Part shown: positions 53,604 through 62,852 of the stretch, one piece after another
Layout of the letters: each line of letters starts with the position of its first letter
Position numbering within the stretch: the stretch's first letter is position 1
Source of the DNA: Candidatus Babeliales bacterium
Lineage (GTDB): Bacteria; Babelota; Babeliae; Babelales; Vermiphilaceae
Assembly (NCBI GenBank): GCA_963743635.1
Contig: CAVUQO010000002.1
Coordinates: 512,001-576,000, forward strand
Direction: 5' to 3'
Length of the DNA: 64,000 nt
Program-made: the position numbers and the translations under genes
Notes under the pieces: generated by a model
Database searches by the model: none
What the model saw: the letters and a program-made list of their open reading frames with translations, nothing else
What the model was told of the DNA's origin: nothing

Positions 53604-53981
53604 ATTGTTTCCTTTTTCAAGATGAGTGTGGATAAATGATTGCTCAGAGATAGTCTACTGTAATAAAAAATAAAAACTATTGGCTCTTTTTATGGGCGAA
53701 CTTCCTAGGCTTTGTGAACCAAATTTAGAGAACCCTGGTTCTTCGTCAGACTCAGAACTAAATGTAAGCCAATGCGCAATGACTATCGAGAGATTCAGGG
53801 CGCGCGGCCCGTTCATGGTGAGCCCTCAGCTCTGATTCTTGGAATAAACATCTTAAAGTTGAAATTTTGTTCACAGAACCTAGATTTTGAACTTATTGAG
53901 TGCTTCAGTTGCAAAAAATGCCGATTCTTATTAGGCTTTATCTGATAAACCCTCATAACACGTATGATCAAGGAGCTTTTC

Positions 53982-55289
53982 ATGTCATCGTCGGTAAGTC
54001 TAGATACCATTATTTCATTATGTAAGCGTCGCGGCTTTGTATATCAATCGGCGGAAATTTATGGTGGGCTTAACGGGGTATATGATTTCGGGCCTCTGGG
54101 TACTCTTTTAAATCAAAATATTCGTGCGACATGGCGGACATCTTTGGAAAATCCAAAAGGCGAGATCGTTGAGCTAGAAGGCTCATTGCTTGGGCCTCGC
54201 GCTGTTTGGGAAGCATCTGGTCATATTTCAAATTTCAATGATCCGATGGTGGATTGTCTCAACTGTAACCATCGTTATCGTGCTGATGATATTGATCTGA
54301 ATAAGCCGTGCCCGCATTGCGGTCAAAAAAAGTGGAGCGAGGTTCGTCAGTTTAATCTGATGTTCAAGACGTACTTGGGCGCGGTAGTTGATAATGCATC
54401 TGAGGCTTATTTACGCCCAGAAACCGCCCAAACCATTTTTGTGAATTTCAAAAATGTGACTTCAACCACGCGCGTTAAAATTCCATTCGGTATTGCGCAA
54501 GTTGGTAAAGCGTTCCGCAATGAAATCACACCAAAACAATTTTTATTCCGTGTACGCGAATTCGAACAAATGGAAATGGAATGGTTTTGTTCTGCCAAGG
54601 ATGCAGCAGAAGCATTTGATTTTTGGCGTGCAAAACGCATGGCATATTATGCTGAAATTGGCATATCAAAAGATAATGTGCGGTTTCATGATCATGGTAA
54701 AGATGAACTTGCACACTATTCAGTTGCCTGCACTGACGTTGAATACCAATTCCCTTTTGGTTGGAAAGAGCTTGAAGGTATTGCACATCGCGGGAATTTC
54801 GATCTTTCCCAACACAGTAAATTTTCGGGCAAAGATTTAGCCGTTTATGATGAAGAAACTAAAACATCTGAATTGCTGACCGTGATTGAATCGTCAGTTG
54901 GCGTTGGACGTTTGTTTTTAGCATTACTCTGCGATGCCTATGCTGAGGATGAAGTTGAAGGTGAAACACGCGTAGTATTAAAATTTCATCCGCGTATTGC
55001 ACCCATTAAAGCAGCATTTTTCCCACTCAGTAAAAAATTGTCTGAACCCATGGAAGCATTATTTAAAGCCGTTAAAAAAGAAACTGGCTACATGCTCCAA
55101 TTTGATGAAACTGGTTCTATTGGTAAACGGTATCGCCGTCAAGATGAAATTGGTACGCCACTTTGTTTCACCTATGATTTTGAGAGTGAAACGGATAACT
55201 GCGTTACCGTTCGGCATCGAGATAGTACGAAACAAGAACGCATTTCTATTGACCAGGTAGCTACATATATACGGCAACATATTGGGTGA
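53982..55289 (+). CDS. glyQS: Glycine--tRNA ligase (alpha2, eukaryote/archaea type)
   Basis: LCKRRGF, YDFGPLG, YLRPETAQ, GKAFRNEI, FRVREFEQMEME, SIGKRYRRQDEIGTP. Confidence 0.96.
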   Translation: MSSSVSLDTIISLCKRRGFVYQSAEIYGGLNGVYDFGPLGTLLNQNIRATWRTSLENPKGEIVELEGSLLGPRAVWEASGHISNFNDPMVDCLNCNHRYRADDIDLNKPCPHCGQKKWSEVRQFNLMFKTYLGAVVDNASEAYLRPETAQTIFVNFKNVTSTTRVKIPFGIAQVGKAFRNEITPKQFLFRVREFEQMEMEWFCSAKDAAEAFDFWRAKRMAYYAEIGISKDNVRFHDHGKDELAHYSVACTDVEYQFPFGWKELEGIAHRGNFDLSQHSKFSGKDLAVYDEETKTSELLTVIESSVGVGRLFLALLCDAYAEDEVEGETRVVLKFHPRIAPIKAAFFPLSKKLSEPMEALFKAVKKETGYMLQFDETGSIGKRYRRQDEIGTPLCFTYDFESETDNCVTVRHRDSTKQERISIDQVATYIRQHIG

Positions 55290-55341
55290 GCCGGTTCAAG
55301 GATGTCCATATATCTCTTTAAGCCAACAAATGATATAGTCT

Positions 55342-55516
55342 CCGTTCGCCCTGAGTGTTCTGAGCCGAATATATATGAAGGCGAAGAATGTATCGAATGG
55401 GTATGGAGCAAAATTAATATGCAATATTTCATGTTATATAAAATTATAAGCCAATATATCCCCGACCCATTCGATACATTTCGATCCTTATGGATCGAAA
55501 CACTCAGGGCGAACGG
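55342..55516. repeat. Inverted pair of REP-like elements
   Basis: CCGTTCGCCCTGAGTGTT...TGTATCGAATGGGT (55342-55402) and its inverse ACCCATTCGATACA...AACACTCAGGGCGAACGG (55465-55516). Confidence 0.8.
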
Positions 55517-55560
55517 GGAAAATTCCAATTTTATTGCATAGAAATATGGAAGGAAAATAA

Positions 55561-56169
55561 TTGTTTACCTACATGAAAAAAATATATGAGTGGATGGGAA
55601 AACAGGTTTATTCTCCCTATGCGGGCTACATGCTTTGCATCATGTTCTATTTAGAAGCAATCTTCTTTTTACCAACCGATCCAATCTTGATGCTCTATTG
55701 CCTTGAGCGGCGCGATCGAGCATTGTGGTATGCAACGATCGCGACCATTGGTTCTGTACTTGGCGCCTTGACGAGTTATGCGCTGGGATACTATCTATGG
55801 CAGACGGTGGGCGATGCGATTATTCATCAGTCGTTTTTGAATCGTTTCATTAAGCCGGAAAATTTTACTTATCTTTGCACTCAGTATCGCATTCACGATA
55901 GTTGGGCGGTGTTGGTTGCCGGATTTATTCCCATAGTTCCTTACAAGGCGGTCACGCTCACGGCAGGATTTTGCCAATTATCACTCGTCCCTTTTACCAT
56001 CTATTCTTGCATTGTGCGCGGGGTGCGATTCTATGCAGTTGCTATTCTCATTTCGATATGGGGCGCCCAAATTAAGCAATTTATTGACCAGTACTTTAGG
56101 CTCTTAGTAGCATTGGTGGTGCTAGTAGTTAGCATTGTCGTATGGATCATACGTTCATCTTATCAATAA
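55561..56169 (+). CDS. YqaA/DedA family membrane protein
   Basis: EAIFFLPTDPIL, ATIGSVLGA, FIPIVPYKA, RGVRFY. Confidence 0.88.
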   Translation: MFTYMKKIYEWMGKQVYSPYAGYMLCIMFYLEAIFFLPTDPILMLYCLERRDRALWYATIATIGSVLGALTSYALGYYLWQTVGDAIIHQSFLNRFIKPENFTYLCTQYRIHDSWAVLVAGFIPIVPYKAVTLTAGFCQLSLVPFTIYSCIVRGVRFYAVAILISIWGAQIKQFIDQYFRLLVALVVLVVSIVVWIIRSSYQ

Positions 56170-56181
56170 AGTAGGGAGTTT

Positions 56182-57525
56182 ATGGGAAAAAAGTTATCGC
56201 ATTTTGCACCTGGTTTTATTGTATTTTTATCTTTTGCCGTTGTGATTCTTTCGGGCACCCTCGCCTTAATGCATCCGGCGTGTCGAACACAACCAATATC
56301 ATTTATTGATTTATTGTTTACCGCAACGTCAGTAACCTGCGTTACGGGTCTTTTTACTGTGCCGATTGATCAGTTCACCACTCTTGGCCATGGGGTTATA
56401 TTGGCGCTCATTCAAATTGGGGGCCTTGGGCTTATTACGCTCAGCGTCTTTTTGATTTCGCTTTTGGGGAATCTTGGGTTGACCACTAAAATGATGGCAG
56501 GGCAGTTACTCGATCTTGAGGAATCGAGTAATATACGCGCGATCATTTTATTTATCATTCGGCTGACTCTATGCGTTGAGTTAGTTGGTGCGGTTTTGGT
56601 CTATTTTGTATTTCGCGAGAATTTCTCTCCCGGATATTCCTGGTTTTTGGCATTCTTCCATTCTGTTTCATCGTTTTGTAATGCGGGTGTTACCGTTTTT
56701 GATTATAGTTTGCTTACGTATAGAACGAATATAACCTTGTTATTAACCACCATGGGCTTGATGCTTTTTGGTGGTTTTGGTTTTATTACGTGGAAAGAAA
56801 TTGCACAATATATTCGTTCCTTTTCTAAACGAAAGCGATATGCATTTTCTTTGCACAGCAAGATTATATTGTACGGTTCGGCCGTTATGATTTTGTGGAC
56901 TACCTTTTTGTTATTAAGCCTTGAAGATAGAGGCGCATTTGCATCAATGAGCACGCCGTTTCGTATTTTAAATGCATTTTTTGAAGCGGTGTCATTTCGA
57001 AGTACTGGTTTTTTAACCATGGCATTAAACACTATGCAGCCGGCAACGGTGCTGTTGGCATTAGGCGTTTCATTTATCGGTTCATCGCCGCTTTCAACAG
57101 GCAGTGGTATCAAAATAACTACGTTCGTGGTCATATTGGCGACGGTACAAGCGGCGCTTGCAGGGCGCATGATGGTGCGTATCAGTAATCGTGAATTAGT
57201 TCCCGTGCAGGTGCACAAGGCATTAGCGATTATAATGGTCAGTCTTTTTTGGGTTATTGCAACGATTTTTTGTTTAGTAATAACTGAACCTCAAGGCGGG
57301 TTCTTCCAGATATTTGTTGAGGCGATTTCCGCATTTACTAACTTGGGACTTTCAGTTGGTTTTACCAGTCAATTATCAGCAATGGGTAAAATCATTATTA
57401 TGACGAGCATGCTCATGGGGCGTGTTGGATTTATCACCATGGTGTTAGCCGTACGGCAACTGACAATAGGTGAAGAAAAAAGTAGTATCGAATTTTCATA
57501 TCCCGAAGAACGGGTTATGTTTTAA
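56182..57525 (+). CDS. trkH: Trk/Ktr potassium uptake membrane subunit (TrkH/KtrB)
   Basis: FTATSVTCVTGL, IQIGGLG, SSFCNAG, STGSGIKITT, SAFTNLGLS, MGRVG. Confidence 0.9.
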   Translation: MGKKLSHFAPGFIVFLSFAVVILSGTLALMHPACRTQPISFIDLLFTATSVTCVTGLFTVPIDQFTTLGHGVILALIQIGGLGLITLSVFLISLLGNLGLTTKMMAGQLLDLEESSNIRAIILFIIRLTLCVELVGAVLVYFVFRENFSPGYSWFLAFFHSVSSFCNAGVTVFDYSLLTYRTNITLLLTTMGLMLFGGFGFITWKEIAQYIRSFSKRKRYAFSLHSKIILYGSAVMILWTTFLLLSLEDRGAFASMSTPFRILNAFFEAVSFRSTGFLTMALNTMQPATVLLALGVSFIGSSPLSTGSGIKITTFVVILATVQAALAGRMMVRISNRELVPVQVHKALAIIMVSLFWVIATIFCLVITEPQGGFFQIFVEAISAFTNLGLSVGFTSQLSAMGKIIIMTSMLMGRVGFITMVLAVRQLTIGEEKSSIEFSYPEERVMF

Positions 57526-57543
57526 GTTAAAGGGACATTGTGT

Positions 57544-58188
57544 ATGAAGTTTTGTGTTATTGGTCTGGGAAGATTTGGTGAACAGGTTGCCATTACGCTT
57601 GCTGAAAATGGTATGGAAGTTTTGGCAATTGATAGTAATGAAAGCATTGTTGCTTCGATTCGTGATAGCGTCACGCAGGCTGTCTGTATGCGCGTGAGCG
57701 ATGAGGTATCATTACGCAGTATTGGCGTTGATGAAATGGACGTTGGTATTGTAGCGATGGGCGAAAATTTTGCGCAATCCATTTTGGTAACGATGCTTCT
57801 GAAAAAACGCCTTAATCTTCCGACTGTTATTGCACGCGGCATGAATGATATGCACAAAGAAATTTTGAAATTGATTGGCGCTGATCGCGTTATTTTACCT
57901 GAACGAGCAATTGGGATTCGTCTTGCGGATAATTTAAGTTCTCCTTTTGCTGAATTGACTCGTTTGACCAAAAATTATTCGGTAAGTCAGATTCGCGCAC
58001 CGAAATTATTTGTGGGTAAGACAGTTGAAAGTATCAAAATGTATGAAACATATGGTGTTTATTGTATAGGGCTGAAGGTTTCAGATGAAAAGATGGTTCC
58101 TGTAGATCCAGATCATCTTATCCACGAAGATGATAAATTAATTTTTTCTGGATTGAATGCTGATCTCGAGCGCGTTGCACAGCTTTAA
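57544..58188 (+). CDS. trkA: Trk/Ktr NAD-binding RCK subunit (TrkA/KtrA)
   Basis: VIGLGRFG, ILKLIGADRVILPE, TrkA-C domain. Confidence 0.9.
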   Translation: MKFCVIGLGRFGEQVAITLAENGMEVLAIDSNESIVASIRDSVTQAVCMRVSDEVSLRSIGVDEMDVGIVAMGENFAQSILVTMLLKKRLNLPTVIARGMNDMHKEILKLIGADRVILPERAIGIRLADNLSSPFAELTRLTKNYSVSQIRAPKLFVGKTVESIKMYETYGVYCIGLKVSDEKMVPVDPDHLIHEDDKLIFSGLNADLERVAQL

Positions 58189-58274
58189 TTTTTTAATAAT
58201 TGATCAGATCATTGCAAAATAGTGAGCATCGCTATACAGTTATGTGGAATTTACGAACCTTAAAAGGAGATTCC

Positions 58275-59198
58275 ATGAATATCAGTTTGTATAGAAAAAC
58301 ATCATTTCTTGCACTTTCCATTCTTTTTTCAATCTCAGCGACGATCGATGCGCGACGCAGTACGCAATTTGCCGATATTTTTATACCATTTCCGGCTGCC
58401 ATGGAAGGTCATCCTTACGTGAATGCCGTCGAGGCATGTGATGCAAAAAACGAATGGCAATTGATTAAACGATTGTATACGCAATATTTAGTTACCGATC
58501 TTGATTGGGTTGATGAACCGCGCATTCCGAAAGTTATTCACCATATTTGGTTAGGCAGCCCGTTACCGGAAAAATGCAGAGTATTGCGTGAAACGTGGAT
58601 GAAAAACCATCCTGACTGGCAGATGATTTTATGGACTGATAAAGAGATCGAGCAACTTGGTCTTGAAAATAAAGCATTGTATGATGCATCAACCAACTGG
58701 GGCGAAAAATCTGACATTGCGCGCTATGAAATTATCTATCGCTACGGCGGTTTGTACGTTGATACCGATTTTGAAAGTATTAAGCCGATGGATGTGTTGC
58801 ATCATACGCTCGATTTCTATACCGGCATTTATACAAGCCATTCGCGCGGCAGTTCACCATCACTCGTAATGGGCATGGGGTTAATCGGCGCACGTCCAGG
58901 ACATCCGGTTATGAGAGCGCTCATTGACGGCCTCAAAAATACTCCAGTAGGAGGCGCGCATAATTCGTCTGCTATTCTTGCACGCACTGGCCCCTATTTC
59001 TTTACCCGAGTGGTACTCGAAAATGCGGGTAAAAACAATTTGCGCGACGTAATATTCCCGCCGCAGTTTGTCTATCCAACGCCTATTTCAGGGCGCGGCC
59101 AATCGCTGCAAGATCAACACAAAAATTTCATCAAGCATTCAACGTTTGCCAATCACATGTGGCACATGTCTTGGATTAATCATTCAAAAAAAAAGTAA
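58275..59198 (+). CDS. Glycosyltransferase, GT32/DXD family, exported
   Basis: IPKVIHHIWLG, SDIARYEIIYRYGGLYVDTD, TGPYFFT, HMWHMSW. Confidence 0.9.
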   Translation: MNISLYRKTSFLALSILFSISATIDARRSTQFADIFIPFPAAMEGHPYVNAVEACDAKNEWQLIKRLYTQYLVTDLDWVDEPRIPKVIHHIWLGSPLPEKCRVLRETWMKNHPDWQMILWTDKEIEQLGLENKALYDASTNWGEKSDIARYEIIYRYGGLYVDTDFESIKPMDVLHHTLDFYTGIYTSHSRGSSPSLVMGMGLIGARPGHPVMRALIDGLKNTPVGGAHNSSAILARTGPYFFTRVVLENAGKNNLRDVIFPPQFVYPTPISGRGQSLQDQHKNFIKHSTFANHMWHMSWINHSKKK

Positions 59199-59374
59199 AG
59201 CGTAGACGATAGGCGACCAAATGAGGTCAAATAGACGCGAAAAATAAGCACTATCGTGCGTTAATATGATGAGGGTTACCGAGCAAAAACGCGGTAACCC
59301 TCAAATTTTTTGTAATCAAGAAAAAGTAATTGAAATACTCTGTTTTAGACCATTTATGCAGTGAAATAGAGGAG

Positions 59375-59448
59375 TGCGCCTGGTAGGACTTGAACCTACA
59401 ACCAACGGATTCGAAGTCCGGTACTCTATCCAATTGAGCTACAGGCGC
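59375..59448 (-). tRNA. tRNA-Arg(TCG)
   Basis: Reverse complement GCGCCTG TAGCTCAATTGGATAGAG...CTTCGAA...GGTTCAAGTCC...CAGGCGCA. Confidence 0.93.
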
Positions 59449-59544
59449 GGATTGATACTCTTATTTGTACCATAAAAGGAGTAATTTTGCGAGAAAAAAC
59501 ATGTAAAAATTTTGTTTTTTAGCTATTCTTATGAAAATATTGAT

Positions 59545-59618
59545 GCGCCCGTAGCTCAGGTGGATAGAGCGGTAGATTCCTAATCTGCAGGCCACAGGTT
59601 CGAGTCCTGTCGGGCGCA
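59545..59618 (+). tRNA. tRNA-Arg(CCT)
   Basis: GCGCCCG...GTAGA-TTCCTAA-TCTGC...GGTTCGAGTCC...CGGGCGCA; no encoded CCA. Confidence 0.95.
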
Positions 59619-60011
59619 AACTGAATTTGAAAGCAGTATTCATCAGGACGAGAAGTTTATCCTGAGGGCTCCTGAGCGAAGCCAAGGGAGCATCGAAGGG
59701 AGTCCTGTCGGGCGCAAACTGAATTTGAAAGCAGTATTCATCAGGACGAGAAGTTTATCCTGAGGGCTCCTGAGCGAAGCCAAGGGAGCATCGAAGGGAG
59801 TCCTGTCGGGCGCAAACTGAATTTGAAAGCAGCATTCATCAGGACGAGAAGTTTATCCTGAGGGCTCCTGAGCGAAGCCAAGGGAGCATCGAAGGGAGTC
59901 CTGTCGGGCGCAAACTGAATTTGAAAGCAGTATTCATCAGGACGAGAAGTTTATCCTGAGGACTCCTGAGCGAAGCCAAGGGAGCATCGAAGGGAGTCCT
60001 GTCGGGCGCAA
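59602..60011 (+). repeat. 98-bp tandem repeat (4 units plus a terminal partial unit), each unit starting with the tRNA-Arg 3' end
   Basis: GAGTCCTGTCGGGCGCA at 59602, 59700, 59798, 59896 and 59994; units differ by only two single-base substitutions. Confidence 0.97.
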
Positions 60012-60276
60012 TTCATTTCACTTCATTGTAAAAAAAGTGACTTTAGCACAGACGTAAAAACGCCCGCAGTTATATATGAATAACTGCGGGCAAATCTTTT
60101 TGATATCAGTTTTTACGTGACGTTACTTTTTACTGATTTTGCTCAGTGATCTATTTTTTGACCAACATTAGCGGTAATTGCCACATAATTGGTTGTTGTA
60201 AAGATTGAAAAAAAGTTTAGGATTGGCTGTCGTAATGTAATTTCATTATGACATGTATCATAGCTAGGGGACATCC

Positions 60277-60576
60277 ATGAAAGTTATTTGCAATAAATGC
60301 GGTCGCATAATGCAGCAAGGCGAGGTTATGACGCATGCAGGAATATATTTGGCAAGCCTCATGTCATCCGTCTTCAAGGATATCTTAGTTAAGGCGGTAG
60401 TAACACATTTGGGATTAACCAAAAAATCCTGTTTTGATGATTCATTGGCAGCCATTGCAAACAGTATTGCAATAGAATGCTCAGACTGCAAAAATGTGGC
60501 CTGTTGGAATCCATGTCCCGATGCAGTAGAAGTGACTTTGGAATCAACTGCGCAAGAAGATGTCGTTATCAAATAA
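60277..60576 (+). CDS. Small hypothetical protein with two CxxC pairs
   Basis: GGGGA RBS; CNKC and CSDC. Confidence 0.6.
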   Translation: MKVICNKCGRIMQQGEVMTHAGIYLASLMSSVFKDILVKAVVTHLGLTKKSCFDDSLAAIANSIAIECSDCKNVACWNPCPDAVEVTLESTAQEDVVIK

Positions 60577-60608
60577 TTAAACCGTATAGAAAAGAAGGAG
60601 AATCTTTC

Positions 60609-61082
60609 GTGAAGGCATCAAAAAAATCATTGGTATTAGCGTGTCTGCTATCAACAACAGGCATGTCGGCGACTCAACACAATCGTTCAGTTGAAGTAAT
60701 TCAACGTGCCTATTCGTTAGATCCAGCAGCAGCTCGATTGCAAGAAGTTCTAGAGACTATCCTTACCACGGTAAAAATAGCTATAAGTTTTGAAGCAAAA
60801 TACGCCTGCAAAGCGCAAGTACGTTGCACCACATGTCAGCAAGAAGCGGTGTATAAACTCGTTCTTGATAACATTGCGCTCGAAGCCCTTGACGACATGG
60901 CTGTGAATCAAAACAAAATAAATGCAGCAAAAAGTTTAATGGTGCAAGCATTAGACATTTTCTCCCATAGAGAGCTTGATGAGATACTCGAATTTATGGC
61001 GCGCGCTGCAAATGAGCTTGAAATGCCGTGCAGAGAACCTAATTGCCCCGGAAGGCACTGGGAAATTGTCCGCGCTAACTAA
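60609..61082 (+). CDS. Hypothetical secreted protein with Cys motifs
   Basis: AAGGAG RBS before GTG at 60609; signal peptide; CTTC and CREPNC. Confidence 0.65.
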   Translation: MKASKKSLVLACLLSTTGMSATQHNRSVEVIQRAYSLDPAAARLQEVLETILTTVKIAISFEAKYACKAQVRCTTCQQEAVYKLVLDNIALEALDDMAVNQNKINAAKSLMVQALDIFSHRELDEILEFMARAANELEMPCREPNCPGRHWEIVRAN

Positions 61083-61183
61083 GTGTTAGACGATAATTAA
61101 AGATATAAAAAGAATGCCCGCAGTAATTCAGAAATATGAATTACTGCGGGCATTCTTTTTATATCAGTTTTTTTTACGTGGCG

Positions 61184-61471
61184 TTACTTCTGCGATGGTC
61201 TTGGAGCACTTGGACCACTTTTAGATCCAACGGGTGCATTTATTTTATTTTGCAGCTCCATTACGCGTTTATTCACGTCGCCTACTTCTCTTCTGCGTGC
61301 TTCGTACCGTGCTCTTCGTTCTTCGTCTTCTTGCGCTGCTTTTTTACTCTGTTCTAAGGCGAGTTCCATTTGTTCTTCTTCAGTCAATTGTGCTTGTTTT
61401 CCTTTGCCTTTGCGTATCATGCGACGTTCTTGCTCTTTTGCTTGCTCAGCTTCTTCAACAGGGCTTGGCAT
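61184..61471 (-). CDS. Small charged protein with UIM-like motif (possibly 5'-truncated)
   Basis: TEEEQMELALEQSKK. Confidence 0.55.
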   Translation of the reverse strand: MPSPVEEAEQAKEQERRMIRKGKGKQAQLTEEEQMELALEQSKKAAQEDEERRARYEARRREVGDVNKRVMELQNKINAPVGSKSGPSAPRPSQK

Positions 61472-61605
61472 GTAAAAAAGACACGTTATTATTGCAACCT
61501 CAGTATCTAAGGGAGTGCTGGCGGTGCAATTCCATAAATCAATGCATACGCAATAAAAAAGCCCTGATGTGAGAAAACATCAGGGCTTTGGGTTTTTTAA
61601 GTTTG

Positions 61606-62682
61606 TTATTTTTGAACTATTCTATCGAGAAATGCGCGCACGGATTGTTGGTACCCAGTACTTTGTCCAAGATGTCCATGTCCGAGTGAGAGATTAGTAT
61701 CTTCAAAACTTTCAACTTCTTTATGCGCATTTTGTAATGCTTGAACAATAGCTGCCGTATCGCGAGGATTTGCAGCTTTGTCGCCGCACAAGTAGCCAAT
61801 ATGCAGTTTTATGTGATCAGGAATATCTGCTGTTTTATCAAGAATAGTTGGTTCATTCCATTTACAATTGTGGAATGCGCCCTTGAAAATAAGTGGAATA
61901 GTCCATCGTAAGCCGCTTGGAACATGATTGTTAGCGACGTTCTCAGCAAATGGAGCAAGAGAACTTGATGGTGATTCTAGAAAAACTGCTTTAACGGGTT
62001 TTAACTTATCATCGTTCTTATATTGTGGATTAATCAGATAGTTAAGAACTCCGGTGGCGCCTTTGCAATCTCCTGAAAGGATGATTGATGCCTTAGGATT
62101 ATTCTCTTTAACCCGATTATACACAAAGTCTAAACATTTTTGATCGAACGCTCCACCAAAACTGAACGTTGAAGGATAATTGACTGGTCCTTCAAAACAT
62201 ACAACAGGTGTATTATCCGGGATTATGTTGTTCTTTAAGAGATTGATAGCTTCTTTTCCTGCCCATGCAAATTTAATGGGAGCGCTTCCCAAATAACCAT
62301 CATACCCTGGACTGTGTACTACTATTGCGCTGGTATTACTTGGTATTTCGCAAGAAAGTTGGTATTGTTTTTCTCCTATCGCAACATATTTTTGATCAAG
62401 TTCCTGGCGCCGCCCTTCTTTTATGGCTCGACATACGTCGAGAGGTTGCAGCTCTTCACGAGCAGCATCTTTTTCTACTGGTGTTATCGTGAAGACGTTC
62501 AGGTTATCAAGATTGGGTTGGAATGTTTCGCCGAAAGTAACAGCAGAACGATAGGTTGCCATGACGTTCGCTGCTATGTGGGGTGCGATTGCAGCGACTG
62601 CGAGCGCAGGTCCTTCGCATGCATGTATTGCATGACTTACGAATAGGACTGATAATAGAGACGTTTTTAACCAATTTTTCAT
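61606..62682 (-). CDS. Secreted alpha/beta-hydrolase-fold protein
   Basis: Signal peptide; IVVHSPGY, ILSGDCKGA elbow, AVFLESP, late Asp and His (GDKAA, GHGH). Confidence 0.6.
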   Translation of the reverse strand: MKNWLKTSLLSVLFVSHAIHACEGPALAVAAIAPHIAANVMATYRSAVTFGETFQPNLDNLNVFTITPVEKDAAREELQPLDVCRAIKEGRRQELDQKYVAIGEKQYQLSCEIPSNTSAIVVHSPGYDGYLGSAPIKFAWAGKEAINLLKNNIIPDNTPVVCFEGPVNYPSTFSFGGAFDQKCLDFVYNRVKENNPKASIILSGDCKGATGVLNYLINPQYKNDDKLKPVKAVFLESPSSSLAPFAENVANNHVPSGLRWTIPLIFKGAFHNCKWNEPTILDKTADIPDHIKLHIGYLCGDKAANPRDTAAIVQALQNAHKEVESFEDTNLSLGHGHLGQSTGYQQSVRAFLDRIVQK

Positions 62683-62852
62683 TATATAAACCCTCATTTT
62701 TGCAATAAACATATGAATTATTTATGATATATACTCTATTGTACAACTTTTTTTAAAAATTGTACAGGCCATGACTCGCTGCTTTTTGCCATTCAGGCGA
62801 TTGCCGGGTATCTTAGAAGTATCATAAAATTAGGCTAATAACAGGATATACC

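Noticed and set aside
55302..55541. 79-aa ORF after glyQS
   Set aside because: Coincides with an inverted REP-like pair and has no recognisable protein features
59602..60011. CRISPR array
   Set aside because: The sequences between the 17-nt repeats are essentially identical (no unique spacers), the repeat is a tRNA 3' end, and there are no cas genes in the window
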